A stretch of 63,228 nucleotides of DNA, counting the filler, from Chiloscyllium plagiosum (Eukaryota), in assembly GCF_004010195.1 (NCBI RefSeq). It is 4 parts of one record of this genome, joined end to end, with 100 filler letters (N's around TTAATTAATTAA, not from the genome) between each part and the next. Parts side by side here need not be neighbours in the genome. Positions count along the whole stretch, not along the records: positions 27,013 to 49,116 come from NC_057714.1; 3 more parts are not named here. One strand, given 5' to 3'. Below are positions 35,199-47,825 of this stretch, piece by piece. Under the pieces are notes generated by a model. It was given only the letters and a program-made list of their open reading frames with translations. It was not told where the DNA came from and ran no database searches. Made by a program: the position numbers and the translations under genes. The stretch's first letter is position 1; each line of letters opens with the position of its first letter.

Positions 35199-36265
35199 AA
35201 ATGCAGCAAAATCTCAAGATCAAGAAATTCTTGACCTGTAGGTCAAGGGGTGACACTGCAATGTGCTGGCGGATCTCTGGTGTTGCATCCAAATGTGCAT
35301 CACACAGATCATCACAGAAAGCCTTCCTTTTTTTGAAATGGGGTATTGGTAAGGGGAACACGCCCATCAATTTAAGAAATTACTGACAGAGGAACATCAA
35401 CATTCTAGTTAAGTAACTACCTGATGCAGAGACTGCCCTTTCACCCAACAGGGATTTGTCACAGTTATCTATGTCAACAGAAATTACATACACATTTGGA
35501 AGAATCAACATTTAGAGATAAGGTGACAGTACCTAAGTTTAACTGATTAAAATATTGCAGCTTATCAGGACACTAATCTCCCGAGCTTTAGCTGATTTGT
35601 TGCCTACTTGCAGTGACGGGTCAACTCTACTGGGTGTCTGCAATGATTAGTTCAAATTGAACACGCGTATCCTGAAACTGTCATCTTCAGTTATTGGAAT
35701 AATAAGGGTGCAATTTGTCATGGAGATTCTGAATCCACTATTACTAGGCATACAAGCCTGAATGCAAGTCAAGTCAAAGTAGAATCTGTTTCCTCCTTCC
35801 CTTTCCTCCCACACAAGGACAGTCAGTCAGCCACCTACTAATGAGACCTACATATGTCTATCGAATACAAGTCATTGGTGGCTCAGCACTAAACCAGGCT
35901 TTGAGCGAACAGTCCCAGTCAAAATATTCTGAAAGGATGAAGAATAATATACATGCTTCTCTCTAGGAGTCTGCCTACTCAATGGGCAAGGTATGTTAAA
36001 ATAGCAAAATATAATTTGAAGTACAGTAAAGATCAGCAATTTGAGTGAAGGGGAAAATATTGATATTTTAACTTCAATGTTGAAGCCAATTAAAAAAGTC
36101 AAGGGCCTTCTTTTGTACAAGCACAAAATAAGCTCTAAAATGTTTTCATTAAAAGACAAGCCTAGATGTGGAACCTAAAGTCCAAATACTAAGCACCACT
36201 AATTTTTGAAGGAGTTAACCATCAGAGATTGAAAGAGTCACAGGCAGAGAGAAGTAAATACGTAC

Positions 36266-36353
36266 CATCGTGCCTCTGCCTTTAATTTTACGGCCCGATT
36301 TTGACACCACTGGTTTCTGATCATTATGGGTTGAGGGTGCTTCCTGAACTTTG
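36266..36353 (-). CDS. NKTR: NKTR coding exon
   Basis: 88 nt, AG/GT: (P)KVQEAPSTHNDQKPVVSKSGRKIKGRGTM. Confidence 0.95.
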
Positions 36354-36754
36354 CTGCAAGGGAGGAAAAATAGCTGAAATTTGACTAAAATAACAAAAGA
36401 GAATACACTGTGGAAATCCACACAATTCATAACTATAAAGAGTTCACAAATGCAATTTTAACCATGGGTACCTTCTTTCCCTTCCAAAAAATGGTTCACA
36501 AACAAAGATTATGTTTATAGCTCTGGAAAAGAAAGAAATTCTTCATTCTTAACTATTTTGTGTCACAAAAATTATTTGAATACACTTTGTTTCTCGAAGG
36601 AAGCTTTACTTGAACTCTTTGCCCAGATTTGATCAACGTATTCAACAATAATGAACCACCATGCAATTATTTAGCAGCTGTCCAGGAATCCCAAGGCTTT
36701 TCTCATTTAATTAGACACTTGCTGCTAAAGTATTCGCCACTTTTAGCAAGAACA

Positions 36755-36963
36755 AAGTTAAAACTCACACAACACCAGGTTAAAGTCCAACAGGTTTTTT
36801 TGGAAGCACTAGTGTTCAGAGCTCCGCTCCTTCGTCAGGTGAGGAGCAGCACTCCGACAGCTAGTGCTTCCAAATAAACCTGTTGGACATTAAGCTGGTG
36901 TTGTGTGATGTTTAACTTTGCCCACCCCAGTCCAACACTGGCACCTCTAAATCATGACTACCA
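36755..36963. mobile_element. Palindromic Penelope-derived mini-element, second family
   Basis: Arms homologous to 2860-2950/3955-4043; 12-bp TSD ttagcaagaaca (36743-36754, 36964-36975). Confidence 0.8.
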
Positions 36964-37844
36964 TTAGCAAGAACATGAGAGAATCAATTTTTACACAGTA
37001 ATGTTGTACAATCAACAAATGAAAAGTGAATCTGTTGATCATGTTGGTTAACAGGGGTATGAGATGATGGCAGTGGTGCTAAACAGGGATCTTAGTGGTT
37101 TGAATGCAAATGGTTTGTAGGCTGAAGACTGGAGAAGGCACTGATCCTCTTCGAAAAACAGGAAATGTAACTTTTATCTTTACAGGGAAATGAACTATCA
37201 TTAAATTGGCCACAAAATGTCCAGTGTGTGAATGGATCAATATTGCAGTACTGCTATAAAGTGGACGCAGGTGTAAAGCTTGAGGTACATTGTTCAGACT
37301 GAGTGAAAAAGTAGTTTTGTTCTGCAGCTAGCCATTCCACACCAAACTAGAGAATATTTGGGGCCAATATGGATAGCCTAGAGTTCTTTACAAGTTGATG
37401 CACAAAAAAGATCACCATCATCATGAAGACAGAGAGAAGTCATAACCATCAGAAATGAATTAGACAATGGTACAAGAGCAGTTGACAAAAGATATTAACC
37501 AAAACACAAAAGAAAATAAGAGATTACATTGGCATATGTAATGAGGTGCATAATGTATTATTATTGTTTGAGAACTTAGGTGCTAAGTGAGGAAAAAATG
37601 AATTTTAGTTTCCACTTTTGTGAAGGTCTGGGTTTTTTTTTTGAAAGATGACAAAAAATCATTTTATGCAGAGCTAACTACAGCATTTCCAAGAAATTAT
37701 TTCATTTGGAATATTTTGATGAGAAATTGAGAGAGGGTGCCAGGTTCATTCAGAGAGAAACCAATCCTGTTAAAGTGGTGCTGAACAGCTGAGGAGCTGC
37801 TATTAGCAGTTCAAGCAGTCAGGCTCAGAAAAACATCAAGTTGC

Positions 37845-38250
37845 TCGTCCTGTTTGCCTGTGTTTGGCCTATATCCCTCAAAACCCTTTCTATTCGTATA
37901 CCTATCCGGATGCCTTTTAAATGTTGTAATTGTACCAGCCTCCACCACTTCCTCTGGCAGCTCATTACATGCACCACCCCTCTGCATGAAAAATTTGCCC
38001 CTTGGGGCCCTTTTAAATCTTTCCCCTCTCACCTTAAACTTGTGCCCTCTAGTTGTAGGTCTAAAAGTGTGGCACTGGAAAAGCGCAGCAGGTCAGGCAG
38101 CATCTGAGGAGGAGGGGGTGTTGACATTTCGGGCATAAGCCCTTCATCAAGAATGAATTCTGGACTCTCCCATCCCAAGGAAAAGACCTTGACTATTTAC
38201 CCTATCCATGCCCCTCATGATTTTATAAACTTCTATAAAGGTCATTCTAT
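37845..38250 (-). mobile_element. CR1-like 3' fragment with PLE arm insertion (about 38055-38158)
   Basis: Reverse complement of the CR1 3' end seen elsewhere. Confidence 0.8.
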
Positions 38251-39549
38251 AAAGGTATTAGAGAGCATAGACACCCTACAAGGCAGTTGAAGGTGTGAAT
38301 TTAAGTAGCCCATATCTAGTAATGAGTGAGGTGAGGTAGCAATTTGTTTATTGAATGAATGCACAAAATGCTGTCAATCAGGAAACTGTATACAATAGTA
38401 CCAGATGAGCAAGGAGCTTTAGTGTTAAGACATGGGTGACCCCTCACTAAGGTTTCAAGGGTTCACTTATTGCTGGTTCAATTATTCTTCAGGATATTGT
38501 AGCCAGATAATTTCAAATTGTTTTGGTATCATTTAACCGAGCTCATGTTTTTCTTTTATACGTAATAACCCTTTGTTATTTTGTTAGAAGTGTATTGGCA
38601 ACCTCTTGTGAATACACTCATTAACTGATCACCACAGTAAACAAAAAAGAAAAAACAAATTTATGGTCCATTAAACCAGGTCTCACTCCAGCGTCTAACT
38701 TGTTCAATCATACCAACATCTGAACTAATAACGTATAGTCACATTTATAATCAGAATATTACTATGGCAGAGATGGGCGATGTACCTTTTTCTTAAGTTC
38801 CACTACTACACTGGCCATAAGGCAAATTATTTTACTCAGTTCCTTATTTCAGAACATAGGAAAATGGAGCTGAAGGACATTCACCCCATCAAGTCTGCTT
38901 CACCTTTTAGCAACATCATGACTCATCTGCTCCAGGGTTCAATTCCTGGTTCTTGCCAGCTCTTCATTGCTCTAATTCCCCACTATTTCTAAAGCCCTAC
39001 GTCTTTAAATACTTTCTGCGATTCAGCCTCTGCAACTATCTGGCGTAGAGAATTCCAGTCATTTACTACTCTCTGGGAGAAGAAATGCCTTTGCATCTCT
39101 GTTTTAATGGAGTGAAATTTTATTCTGTTTGAGATTCTTTGACTAGTGGTAACATCTTCACAATAGCAATCCTGTCAAGCTTCCGCAGCATAGAATTATA
39201 CAGTAACAGAAGAGGCCCTTCAGCCCATCAAGTCTATGCAGTCAAAAATATACTACCAACACTAGTCCCACTTTCCTGCACTGAGCACATAATATTGAAT
39301 GCTATGACATTTCTCGTACTCGTCCAAGTTCTTTTTAAAGGTTCTAACTATCCTCCCATGCTTACGTTCCAGATCCTCACCACCCTCTGTGTGAAAATAT
39401 TTTCCCCTCAAATCTCCTCTAAACCTCCAGACTTCCACTTTAAAAGTGTGTCCCCTTGTCCTTGACCTTTCAACTAAAGGGAACAGCTCCTTTCTATTCC
39501 AATGGTTCAGCTTTCAGGGTTTATTAGGTAGTGAGAGAAACTGATGAAG

Positions 39550-40870
39550 TCATAGAGATGTACAGCATGGAAACAGACCCTTCGGTCCAAGCTGTCACGC
39601 CGAACAGATATCCCAACCCCATCTAGTCCCACCTGCCAGCACCCGGCCCATATTCCTCCCAACCCTTCCTATTCATATACCCATCCAAATGCCTCTTAAA
39701 TGTTGCAATTCTACCAGCCTCCACTACCTCTGGCAGGAGAAAGTGAGGACTGCAGATGCTGGAGTGCGGCTGTGGTAGTGTGTCTGTTTGAGGACGTGGC
39801 TGAAGAGCTTCAGGGCAGAGCCCTGAAGAAGGGCTTGTGCCTGAAACGTCGATTCTCTTGCTCCATGGATGCTGCCTGACCTGCTGCGCTTTTCCTGCAA
39901 CACATTTTTCCTCTGGCAGCTCATTCAATACACATACCCTCTGCATGAAAAGGTTGCCCCTGAGGTCACTTTTATATCTTTTCCCTCTCACCCTAAAACT
40001 ATGCCCTCTAGTTCTGGACTCCCCGACCCCAGGGAAAAGACTTTGCCTATTTATCATATCCATGCCCCTCATAATTTTGTAAACCTCTATAAGGTCACCC
40101 CTCAGCCTCAGACGCTCCAGGGAAAACAACCCCAGCCTGTTCAGCCTCTCTCAATAGCTCAGATCCTCCAACCCTGGCAACATCCTTGTAAATCATTTCT
40201 GAACCCTTCCAAGTTTCACAACATCTTTCCGATAGGAAGGAGACCAGAACTGCATGCAATATCCCAACAGTGGTCTAACCAATGTCCTGTATAACCACAA
40301 CATGACCTCCCAACTCCTGTACTCAATACTCTGACCAATGAAGGAAAGCATACCAAACGCCTTCTTCACTATCCTATCTACCTGCGACTCCACTTTCAAG
40401 GAGCTATGAACCTGCACTGCAAGATCTCTTTGTTCAGCCACACTCCCGAGGACCTTACCATTAAGTGTATAAGCCCTGCTAAGATTTGCTTTCCCAAAAT
40501 GCAGCACCTCGCATTTATCTGAATTAAACTCCATCTGCCACTTCTCAGCCCATTGGCCCATCTGGTCCAGATCCTGTTGTAATCTGAGGTATCCTCTTCG
40601 CTGTCCACGACACCTCCAATTTTGGTGTCATCTGCAAACTTACCTCTTATGCTCACATCCAAATCATTTATGTAAAGTGAGTATAAGCACCGATCCTTGT
40701 GGCACTCCACTTATGTGCAATACTCTTTTAATGTGGCATCTCACAGAATGCCTTTTGGAAATCCATATACACTGTATCTACTGATCCCCTTTATCAAGCC
40801 TCCTCATTAGAACTGGAAAAAAATTAAGAAATTTGTTTAACATTATTTTCCTTTCATAAAACCATGCTCA
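39550..40870 (-). mobile_element. CR1-like LINE RT and 3' end
   Basis: KFADDTKIGG, MGQWAEKWQMEFN, FWSPSYRKD on minus strand. Confidence 0.9.
39737..39909. mobile_element. Penelope-derived mini-element with hammerhead core, inserted in CR1
   Basis: 10-bp TSD cctctggcag (39727-39736, 39910-39919); core CTGAAGA-a-GGGC ttgt GCCT-GAAAC-GTC at 39823-39850. Confidence 0.8.
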
Positions 40871-41127
40871 CACTACTGAACTGTGTAATGATGTCCTAAA
40901 TAATTTTCCACCACTGCATTAAAAATGGTTTCCACCTCCTGAATGGAAAAATCTTGTTAAAGATTAGTACAAATCTAACAAGTGAATTATGTTAACAAAC
41001 TATAGTTTGCCAAGTCCCTTTGACGTTGGGTTAGCACAGATCGATGCAGAGTAACATTTCTTTCTTGTCAATAATTATTTTTAAAAATCACAGCATATTG
41101 TAAGTAATGTCTCTACAGTTCACTCAC

Positions 41128-41274
41128 GGTTCAGTATCTGGTTTTGGTAAATCCCGCCTGAGCAGAAATCTGTTCTCTGGTACTGGAGGAATCTCTTCAG
41201 GCCTTACCGACAGTTTCTGTCGCTTTGGGTTTGATTCTCTGTCTTTATCATCCTCTTCATCTATACCATTGTGA
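41128..41274 (-). CDS. NKTR: NKTR coding exon
   Basis: 147 nt, AG/GTGAGT: (S)HNGIDEEDDKDRESNPKRQKLSVRPEEIPPVPENRFLLRRDLPKPDTE(P). Confidence 0.95.
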
Positions 41275-42144
41275 CTGATGCAGCAAGAAAGTCAGAATGA
41301 AGCTTACTAACGGCATTTGTTCAAGCACAATCAAATACATCCAGAGACCATTTAAAAAGCAATACACAAAATATACAGCTTCCAAAATGACACAACATTT
41401 GAAGCTATGATTCTACATAGCACCATGTCTTTAAGCACATCTATTGTTAAAGAATAATCCACAGGCAAATCTTAAGAAGCATAAAAAACGAAAAATGCTA
41501 GAAATACTCTCAGTAGATCTGGGAGCATCTGCAGAGAGAAAACTGAATGTTTCAGGTCCATCATTTTGCTTCATAACTGGAAAACGTCAGAGATGCCACA
41601 TGTTTTAAGCAAATACCTAGGTAGGGGAAAGGAGTTCTGGTGGGAAGACTTAAAGAGAGCAAGTCTGTGATAAAGTGAAAGATAGGCCTAGGCTAAATTA
41701 CTCAAGGGACAAAGATACAGTTCAAAAGGAATGGCAATGGGATAATTTAAGTAACGAAGGGCAGACCTAGAGGAGGTGGGAATGAGAAAACCATAGCACA
41801 AAAGAAATGATATACACAAAAAGGGACCATTTTGCACATCTTGTCTATGCTGACCCAAGACACCCAGATAACAGAATCATTACCAATAGAGAGTAAGAAT
41901 CCTCCACTGAATAAGTCCCCTCCTGACTCCCCAAAAATCCATCATTTACAAGGCACAAGTCTGGAGTGTGATAGAATACTCTCTACTTCCAAGGATGCGT
42001 GCAGCTCCAACAACAATCAAGAAGCTTGACACCATCCAGAAGAAAGCAGCCCGCTCGACTGGTACCAAATCCATAACATCCACTCCCTCCACCATCGATG
42101 CTCAGCAGCAGCAGTGTATGCCAGCTACAAGATGTACTTCAGAA

Positions 42145-43999
42145 TGTTATGAAGGTTGAGGTGAACTGTACCTTTAAGAGAGTTGAAAAGCTAGCAAGGG
42201 CTGACAAAGCACAGCGAATCCTGAACAAGGTAACAATGTAACATTTGGTCAAAACAAATTGCAGCAGATGGGTTGCCATGAAACAAAAAACAAGTTCAAA
42301 TTCGGCCAGTTTAAATAATGCCAAGATACCAAAATCCAATCAAATTTGAATTTATTATTTTGATAATATTAAAATTAATGAATGATCCAATGTTTTAGGG
42401 CATAAAACTGTATATTTTGAACAGCTGGGGGGAGAACTGGCAAAGACCAACAAATGTCGACTGCTAGCTGAAGAGCTCTCTGAAAGGTACCCATCTGTGG
42501 GCAGGTTGCGCAGCAGAATATTGAGACTGACCTGGAAAGAATCTACACAGGAAAATCTACAAAGGAGAATCGGCAAGGCTGACTGGTTTTGAAACACAAC
42601 TTGTTTTTGTAAATCTTAATTGGGAATTTTAAAAAAATTGGACTAGTATTGTAGAGTGGGAGGTAAAAGATAGGTTTTAAGAGAAAGGAATTGTAAATAG
42701 TTTTTAGTTTTTATATTCTCTGTTGAACCTAAAAGAATAAAGTTGTTAATTTTTACTTTAAATAGTGACCTCTGGGGTAGCTCTGTACCTCTCGAATTTT
42801 AACTGATTAAAGCACGGGGGTGAATTTTTCTGTGTGGCTGGTTTAAATCTGCAGAGGAGTTTACCTAGTGTCGTAACATTTTGGGGGCTCATCTGGGATT
42901 TAAACCTTGGACCATCGCACCAGTTTTAGCTACACCAATCTTTTCAAAACCTTTTAAAGTTGCCATCGATGCTAAAGACAAAGGAGTTGGAGCTGTACTG
43001 CTGCAGGGAGATGATGATGGGACTGAACTGCCAGTTGGTGAGTTTTTGAACAAACTCAACATCCACCAGAGGAAATACTCCACGATCGAAAAAGAACTAT
43101 TGAGTTTGGTATTGGCCTTACACCATTTTAACATGTATGTTACGAACAACATGTATACGGATCACAATCCTCTAACATGCTTGGAACGCTTTAAAGATAA
43201 GAATATGGGACTATTTCGTTGTGTTACACACTTTTAATTTTCATATCATACATGTTGTGGGTCTTGAGAATGTAATCACAGATGTGTTATCGCGGATTTA
43301 ACTGATAAAGTATAGATAAGATTGGTATCTATTCAATGTTATACTTATGTGGGAAGAAGTTACTATGAACTTAGGTTAAAGTCATATATGTATGTCATGA
43401 AGGTGATTAAGGAATAGAGGGAATAAAATGAAGCCATCTTTTCATTAGGATGGTTCATTTTTTTCTTAAGGGGGAGGTGTATGGAGGTGCAGAGGTATAT
43501 TGTACCTTTAAGAGAGTTGAAAAGCTAGCAAGGACTGACAAAGCACAGAACAAGGTAATATAACACTGACAACTGGCAAAGACCAACAAATGTAGATTGC
43601 TCGCTGAAAGGTACCTGTCTGTGGGGAGTTTGTGTACCAGAACATTGAGGCCAACCTGGAGAGTATTTACAGAGGAAAATCTACAAAGGAGAACTGGCAA
43701 AGCTGACTGGATTTGAAATGTGAGTTTTCTTTTGTAAATCTCAATCTGGATTTTATTTTAATCAGACTAGTATTGTAGAGTGGGAGGTAAAAGATAGGTT
43801 TAAGAGAAAGGAGTTGTAAATAGTTGTTGGTTTTAATATCCTCTGTTGGACTTAAAGACTAAAGTTGTTAATTTTTACTTTAAATAGTGACCTCTGGGAT
43901 TGTTCTTTGCTTCTCGAATTTTAACACATAACATCACAGGGCGCATCTTTTCTGTGTGGCTGGTTTAAATAGCAGAAGGGTTTACCCCGTGTCGTAACA
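42145..43999 (+). mobile_element. Internally deleted Gypsy-type LTR retrotransposon
   Basis: TG...CA LTRs 42145-42878 and 43478-43999; 4-bp TSD AGAA; PBS tgggggctcatctgggat 42882-42899; RNase H remnant (DAKDKGVGAVLLQ, YSTIEKELL, TDHNPL); PPT 43468-43477. Confidence 0.9.
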
Positions 44000-44135
44000 A
44001 GAAGTTCATGAAAGATTCTCAGAAGACACCTTCCAAACTCATGACCACTACTATCTGGCAGAGCAGATTGAAGTTCTTCTATGTTCTAGGAATTTTAAGA
44101 TGCCTTGAATCACTGAAAAAGACTTCCTATAATAC

Positions 44136-44281
44136 TAGGTAAAAACAATGACTGCAGATGCAGGAAACCAGACTCTGGATTAGTGGTGCTGGAAAAGCAC
44201 AGCAGTTCAGGCAGCATCCGAGGAACAGTCTGCTCCTCGGATGCTGCCTGAACTGCTGTGTTTTTCCAGCACCACAAATCC
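44136..44281. mobile_element. Palindromic Penelope-derived mini-element lacking the central ribozyme
   Basis: 14-bp TSD acttcctataatac (44122-44135, 44282-44295); arms related to 12714-12904. Confidence 0.8.
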
Positions 44282-44674
44282 ACTTCCTATAATACAGCAG
44301 CCTTTCAATATTGCACTTTCTGCCAGTTTACATTAATTTCTCAGGCCCAGCAGTCTTGTTTGAAGCTACTCATAACACACTGTCACTTGATGTAAGCTAC
44401 TTCGAGATAACTGGCCCTGACAATGGAACAATGATTTTAAAATCAGTGACTTCCTTATTTAGTGTCCTGTTTTGTTCTTAACTGACAGGTGATTTTAAGG
44501 AACAAGGCAATAAAAGGCTGCACTGAAACAGCTACACAAATTTACCTTAAGTTCCCAGATGGATCTAAATTTTACAGCAGAATTCAGATAGGAAATTATT
44601 ACAAAATAATTGAGTTATATAACAGACACCAGCACACAGTTTATATAGAAATGGCTAAAAAGATTTTACTGTAC

Positions 44675-44894
44675 CTCTTCTGATGGGAAGATATTTTTCT
44701 CTTTTTGCTTCTGGTTTCTTTCCGTCTTTTTGAATGTTTGCTTCTCATCTTCCTCTTCCTCTTCCTTCTCTTTTCCCTTTCTTCTTCGGTTTCTGACTCT
44801 GAGTCTGATGACTTGGAAGATGTTGAAGAATCTGAACTGGTCTCAGATTCATGTGAAGAGTAGGAAGTAGTGACCTTTTTCCTGCGCTCAGTCA
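44675..44894 (-). CDS. NKTR: NKTR coding exon (just after the cyclophilin domain)
   Basis: 220 nt, tttacag| ... |GTACAG: TERRKKVTTSYSSHESETSSDSSTSSKSSDSESETEEEREKRRKRKRK...; phase joins the next exon. Confidence 0.88.
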
Positions 44895-46694
44895 CTGTAA
44901 ATTATGAGATAGTATTCAATTAGTGTCACACAAGAGACTTGTGAGGCAAGTTATAGATCATGGAATAAAAGATCCAGTAGCAAGATGGATACAACATTGT
45001 TTTCCTGTCCCTCAGCCAGTCAGTAGTTGTCTATGGATATTTTTCAGAATGGGCGTTGACTGCTGCTCATCATATTTCGAGAATGTATATTAATAAGATG
45101 CATTTGTTGTTGCTGCAATTGCAAGGGCCACCTTCACTGCCCATGCAATTGCAATTGCAGTCCATGAGTGACTGTCAGTAATGCCAAAGAACTTGTTTAT
45201 GGCTTCACACTTCAAGTTCATTTCCTGTAGCAACTTAGTACCTAAAATGAATTAGAAAACCCAGTTTATCGAGGTAGCACTCAGAAAGAGTTCTTTGTGT
45301 ATCACTCATCACATCATTCACTGTCCCGCTCCTTCAGCAAAGTGGTCAGCAAGGCAGTGAGTAGGGACCATCAGCAGCAAAGAGAGGGAATATAAACAGG
45401 AGGGAAGAGACTACAAAAATGGGGAGATAGATTGCAAGGTAAGAGGGGGGAGACTGCAGAGGTTTGGGAACAGATATGGCCTCAGTATTCAAGGCTTTGC
45501 TAATGAGACTCAGCCGATAAGTCATTATCTCACTAAATGGCAGAGTAGACTTGAGAAGTTGAAAGGTCTATTTCTGCTCCGCCATCATTGGTACAACACT
45601 GAGCAACCATCAACAAAAATCTCCATTTCTGACCTTATGAAACAGCTGAAGATGATTGAGTCTAGAAACCTACCCTGAGGAACTCACGTGGAGCTGAAAT
45701 GATTGGCCTCCAAAAGCAACATTTTTTTCTAAATGCCAGGAATGTGACACTTGTCCAAGGGCAATCACTCTCAGCTCACCTCTGGAGTCAGTGAAAAGGT
45801 CATTGCTAAGCAAATGTTGCTTGATAGTAGCACTGTTAGTGACTCCTTTCATCACTTTCCTGATGACCAAGAGTAGATTGATGAGATAGTAATTGGCTAA
45901 GTTGTTTGTTTCCTGTTTTTTTTGTATAAAGGAAATTTTCACATAGCCACATAGATGCCAATGTTGCAGCTTTACTGGAATAGGGTGGCTTGGACATGGC
46001 AAGTTCTGGAACACAAATCTTCAATACTATTGCCAAAAAGTTATCAGGGCCCACAACCTTTGCAGTAGTCAATATCCATCTATCTCTTGATGAAATGTGG
46101 AATGGGTCAAATTGACTCAAGCCTGGCATCTATGATGCTAGGGACCTCTGAGAGAGGCCAAGATGGATCATTCTTTTGGCACTTCCTGCTGATGGCTGTT
46201 GCAAATGCTTCAGCCTTATCTTTTGCTCTGATTTGTTGGGTTCCCCCGCAGTTGAGGATAGGAATATTTGCGAAGGCTCCTTCTCCATTAAGTTGTTTAA
46301 TTAAACACTACTAATGATGATTGGATATGGCAATACTGCACAGCTTACATTAGATGTGCTGGTTGTAGAATCGCTCAGTTATGTATATCACTTGCTGCTT
46401 ATGCTGACTGGCACACAAGTAGCCCTGTGTTCTAGCTTTGCCAATTTGACAATTCATTTTTAGACATGCTTGGTGTTGTTCTTGGTATGCCGTCCAGCAC
46501 TCTACAATGAATCAGGGTTGATCCTCCTGCTTATCATTAATGGTAAAGTGGGGTATGTGCCAGACCCTGAGGTTGTAGAGTGTGTTTGAGAATAATTCTG
46601 CTGGTGCTCTTGGCCCACGGCACTACATGAATGCAAAGTCTTAAATTGTTAGATTTGTCCCACTTAACTCATTGGCTGTGTTACACAACACAAT

Positions 46695-47825
46695 GGGCAG
46701 TATTCTCAATTGTGCACGAACCGGATTTGATCAGGGACCTTGAAGTAAAGGAGCTATTTGGAGGTAGTGACCACAATACAATAAGCTTTAATCTGCAGTT
46801 TGAAAGGGAGAGGGTAGAATCAGAAGTGACAATATTTCAGTTGAATAAGGGGAAATATGGAGCTATGAGAGAGGAGCTGGCCAGAGTTCAATGGTGCAAT
46901 ACCCTAGCAGGGATGGCAGTGGAAAAACAATGGCAGGTATTTCTGGGTATGATGCAGAAGATGCAGGATCAGTTCATTCCAAAAAGGAAGAAAGATCCTA
47001 AGGGGAGGCAGGGATGGCCGTGGCTGACAAGGTAAGTTAAGGATCATATAAAGACAAAAGGGAAAAAGTATAACATAGCAAAGATGAGTGGGAAATTGGA
47101 GGACTAGGAAGCGTTTAAAGAACAGAGGATTACTAAAAAGGAAATACGCAAAGAAAAAATAAGGTACAAAGGTAAATTGGCCAAAAATATAAAGGAGGAT
47201 AGTAAAGGCTTTTTTAGGTATGTGAAAAGAAAAAAAATGGTTTAGACTAAAACTGGGCCCTTGAAGACAGAAACGGGTGAATTTATTACGGGGAACAAAG
47301 AAAGGGCAGAAGAGTTGAATTGGTACTTTAGATCTGTCTTCACTGGGGAAGACATGAGCAATCTCTAAGATGTAATAGTGACTGAAGGACCTAAAATGAA
47401 TGGAATTTATATTAGGCAGGAAATGGTGTTGGAGAGACTGTTAGGTCTGAAGGCTGATAAGTCCCCGGGGCCTGATGGTCTGCATCCCAGGGTACTGAAG
47501 GAGGTGGCTCTAGAATTCTTGGATGCATTGGTGATCATTTTCCAATGTTCTATAGATTCAGGATCAATTCCTGCGGATTGGAGGGTGGCTAATGTTGTCC
47601 CACATTTTAAGAAAGGAGGGAGAGAGAAAACAGAGAATTATAGACCAGTTAGTCTGACCTCAGTGGTGGAAAAAATGCTGGAGTCAATTATAAAGGATGA
47701 AATTACGACACATCTGGATAGCAGTAACAGGATAGGTCAGAGCCAGCATGGATTTATGAAGGGAAAATCATGCTTGACTAATCTTCTGGAATTTTTTGAG
47801 GATGGAACTTTGAAAATGGACAAGG
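46695..47825 (+). mobile_element. CR1-like LINE ORF2 fragment
   Basis: [51 protein letters not shown]. Confidence 0.9.
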
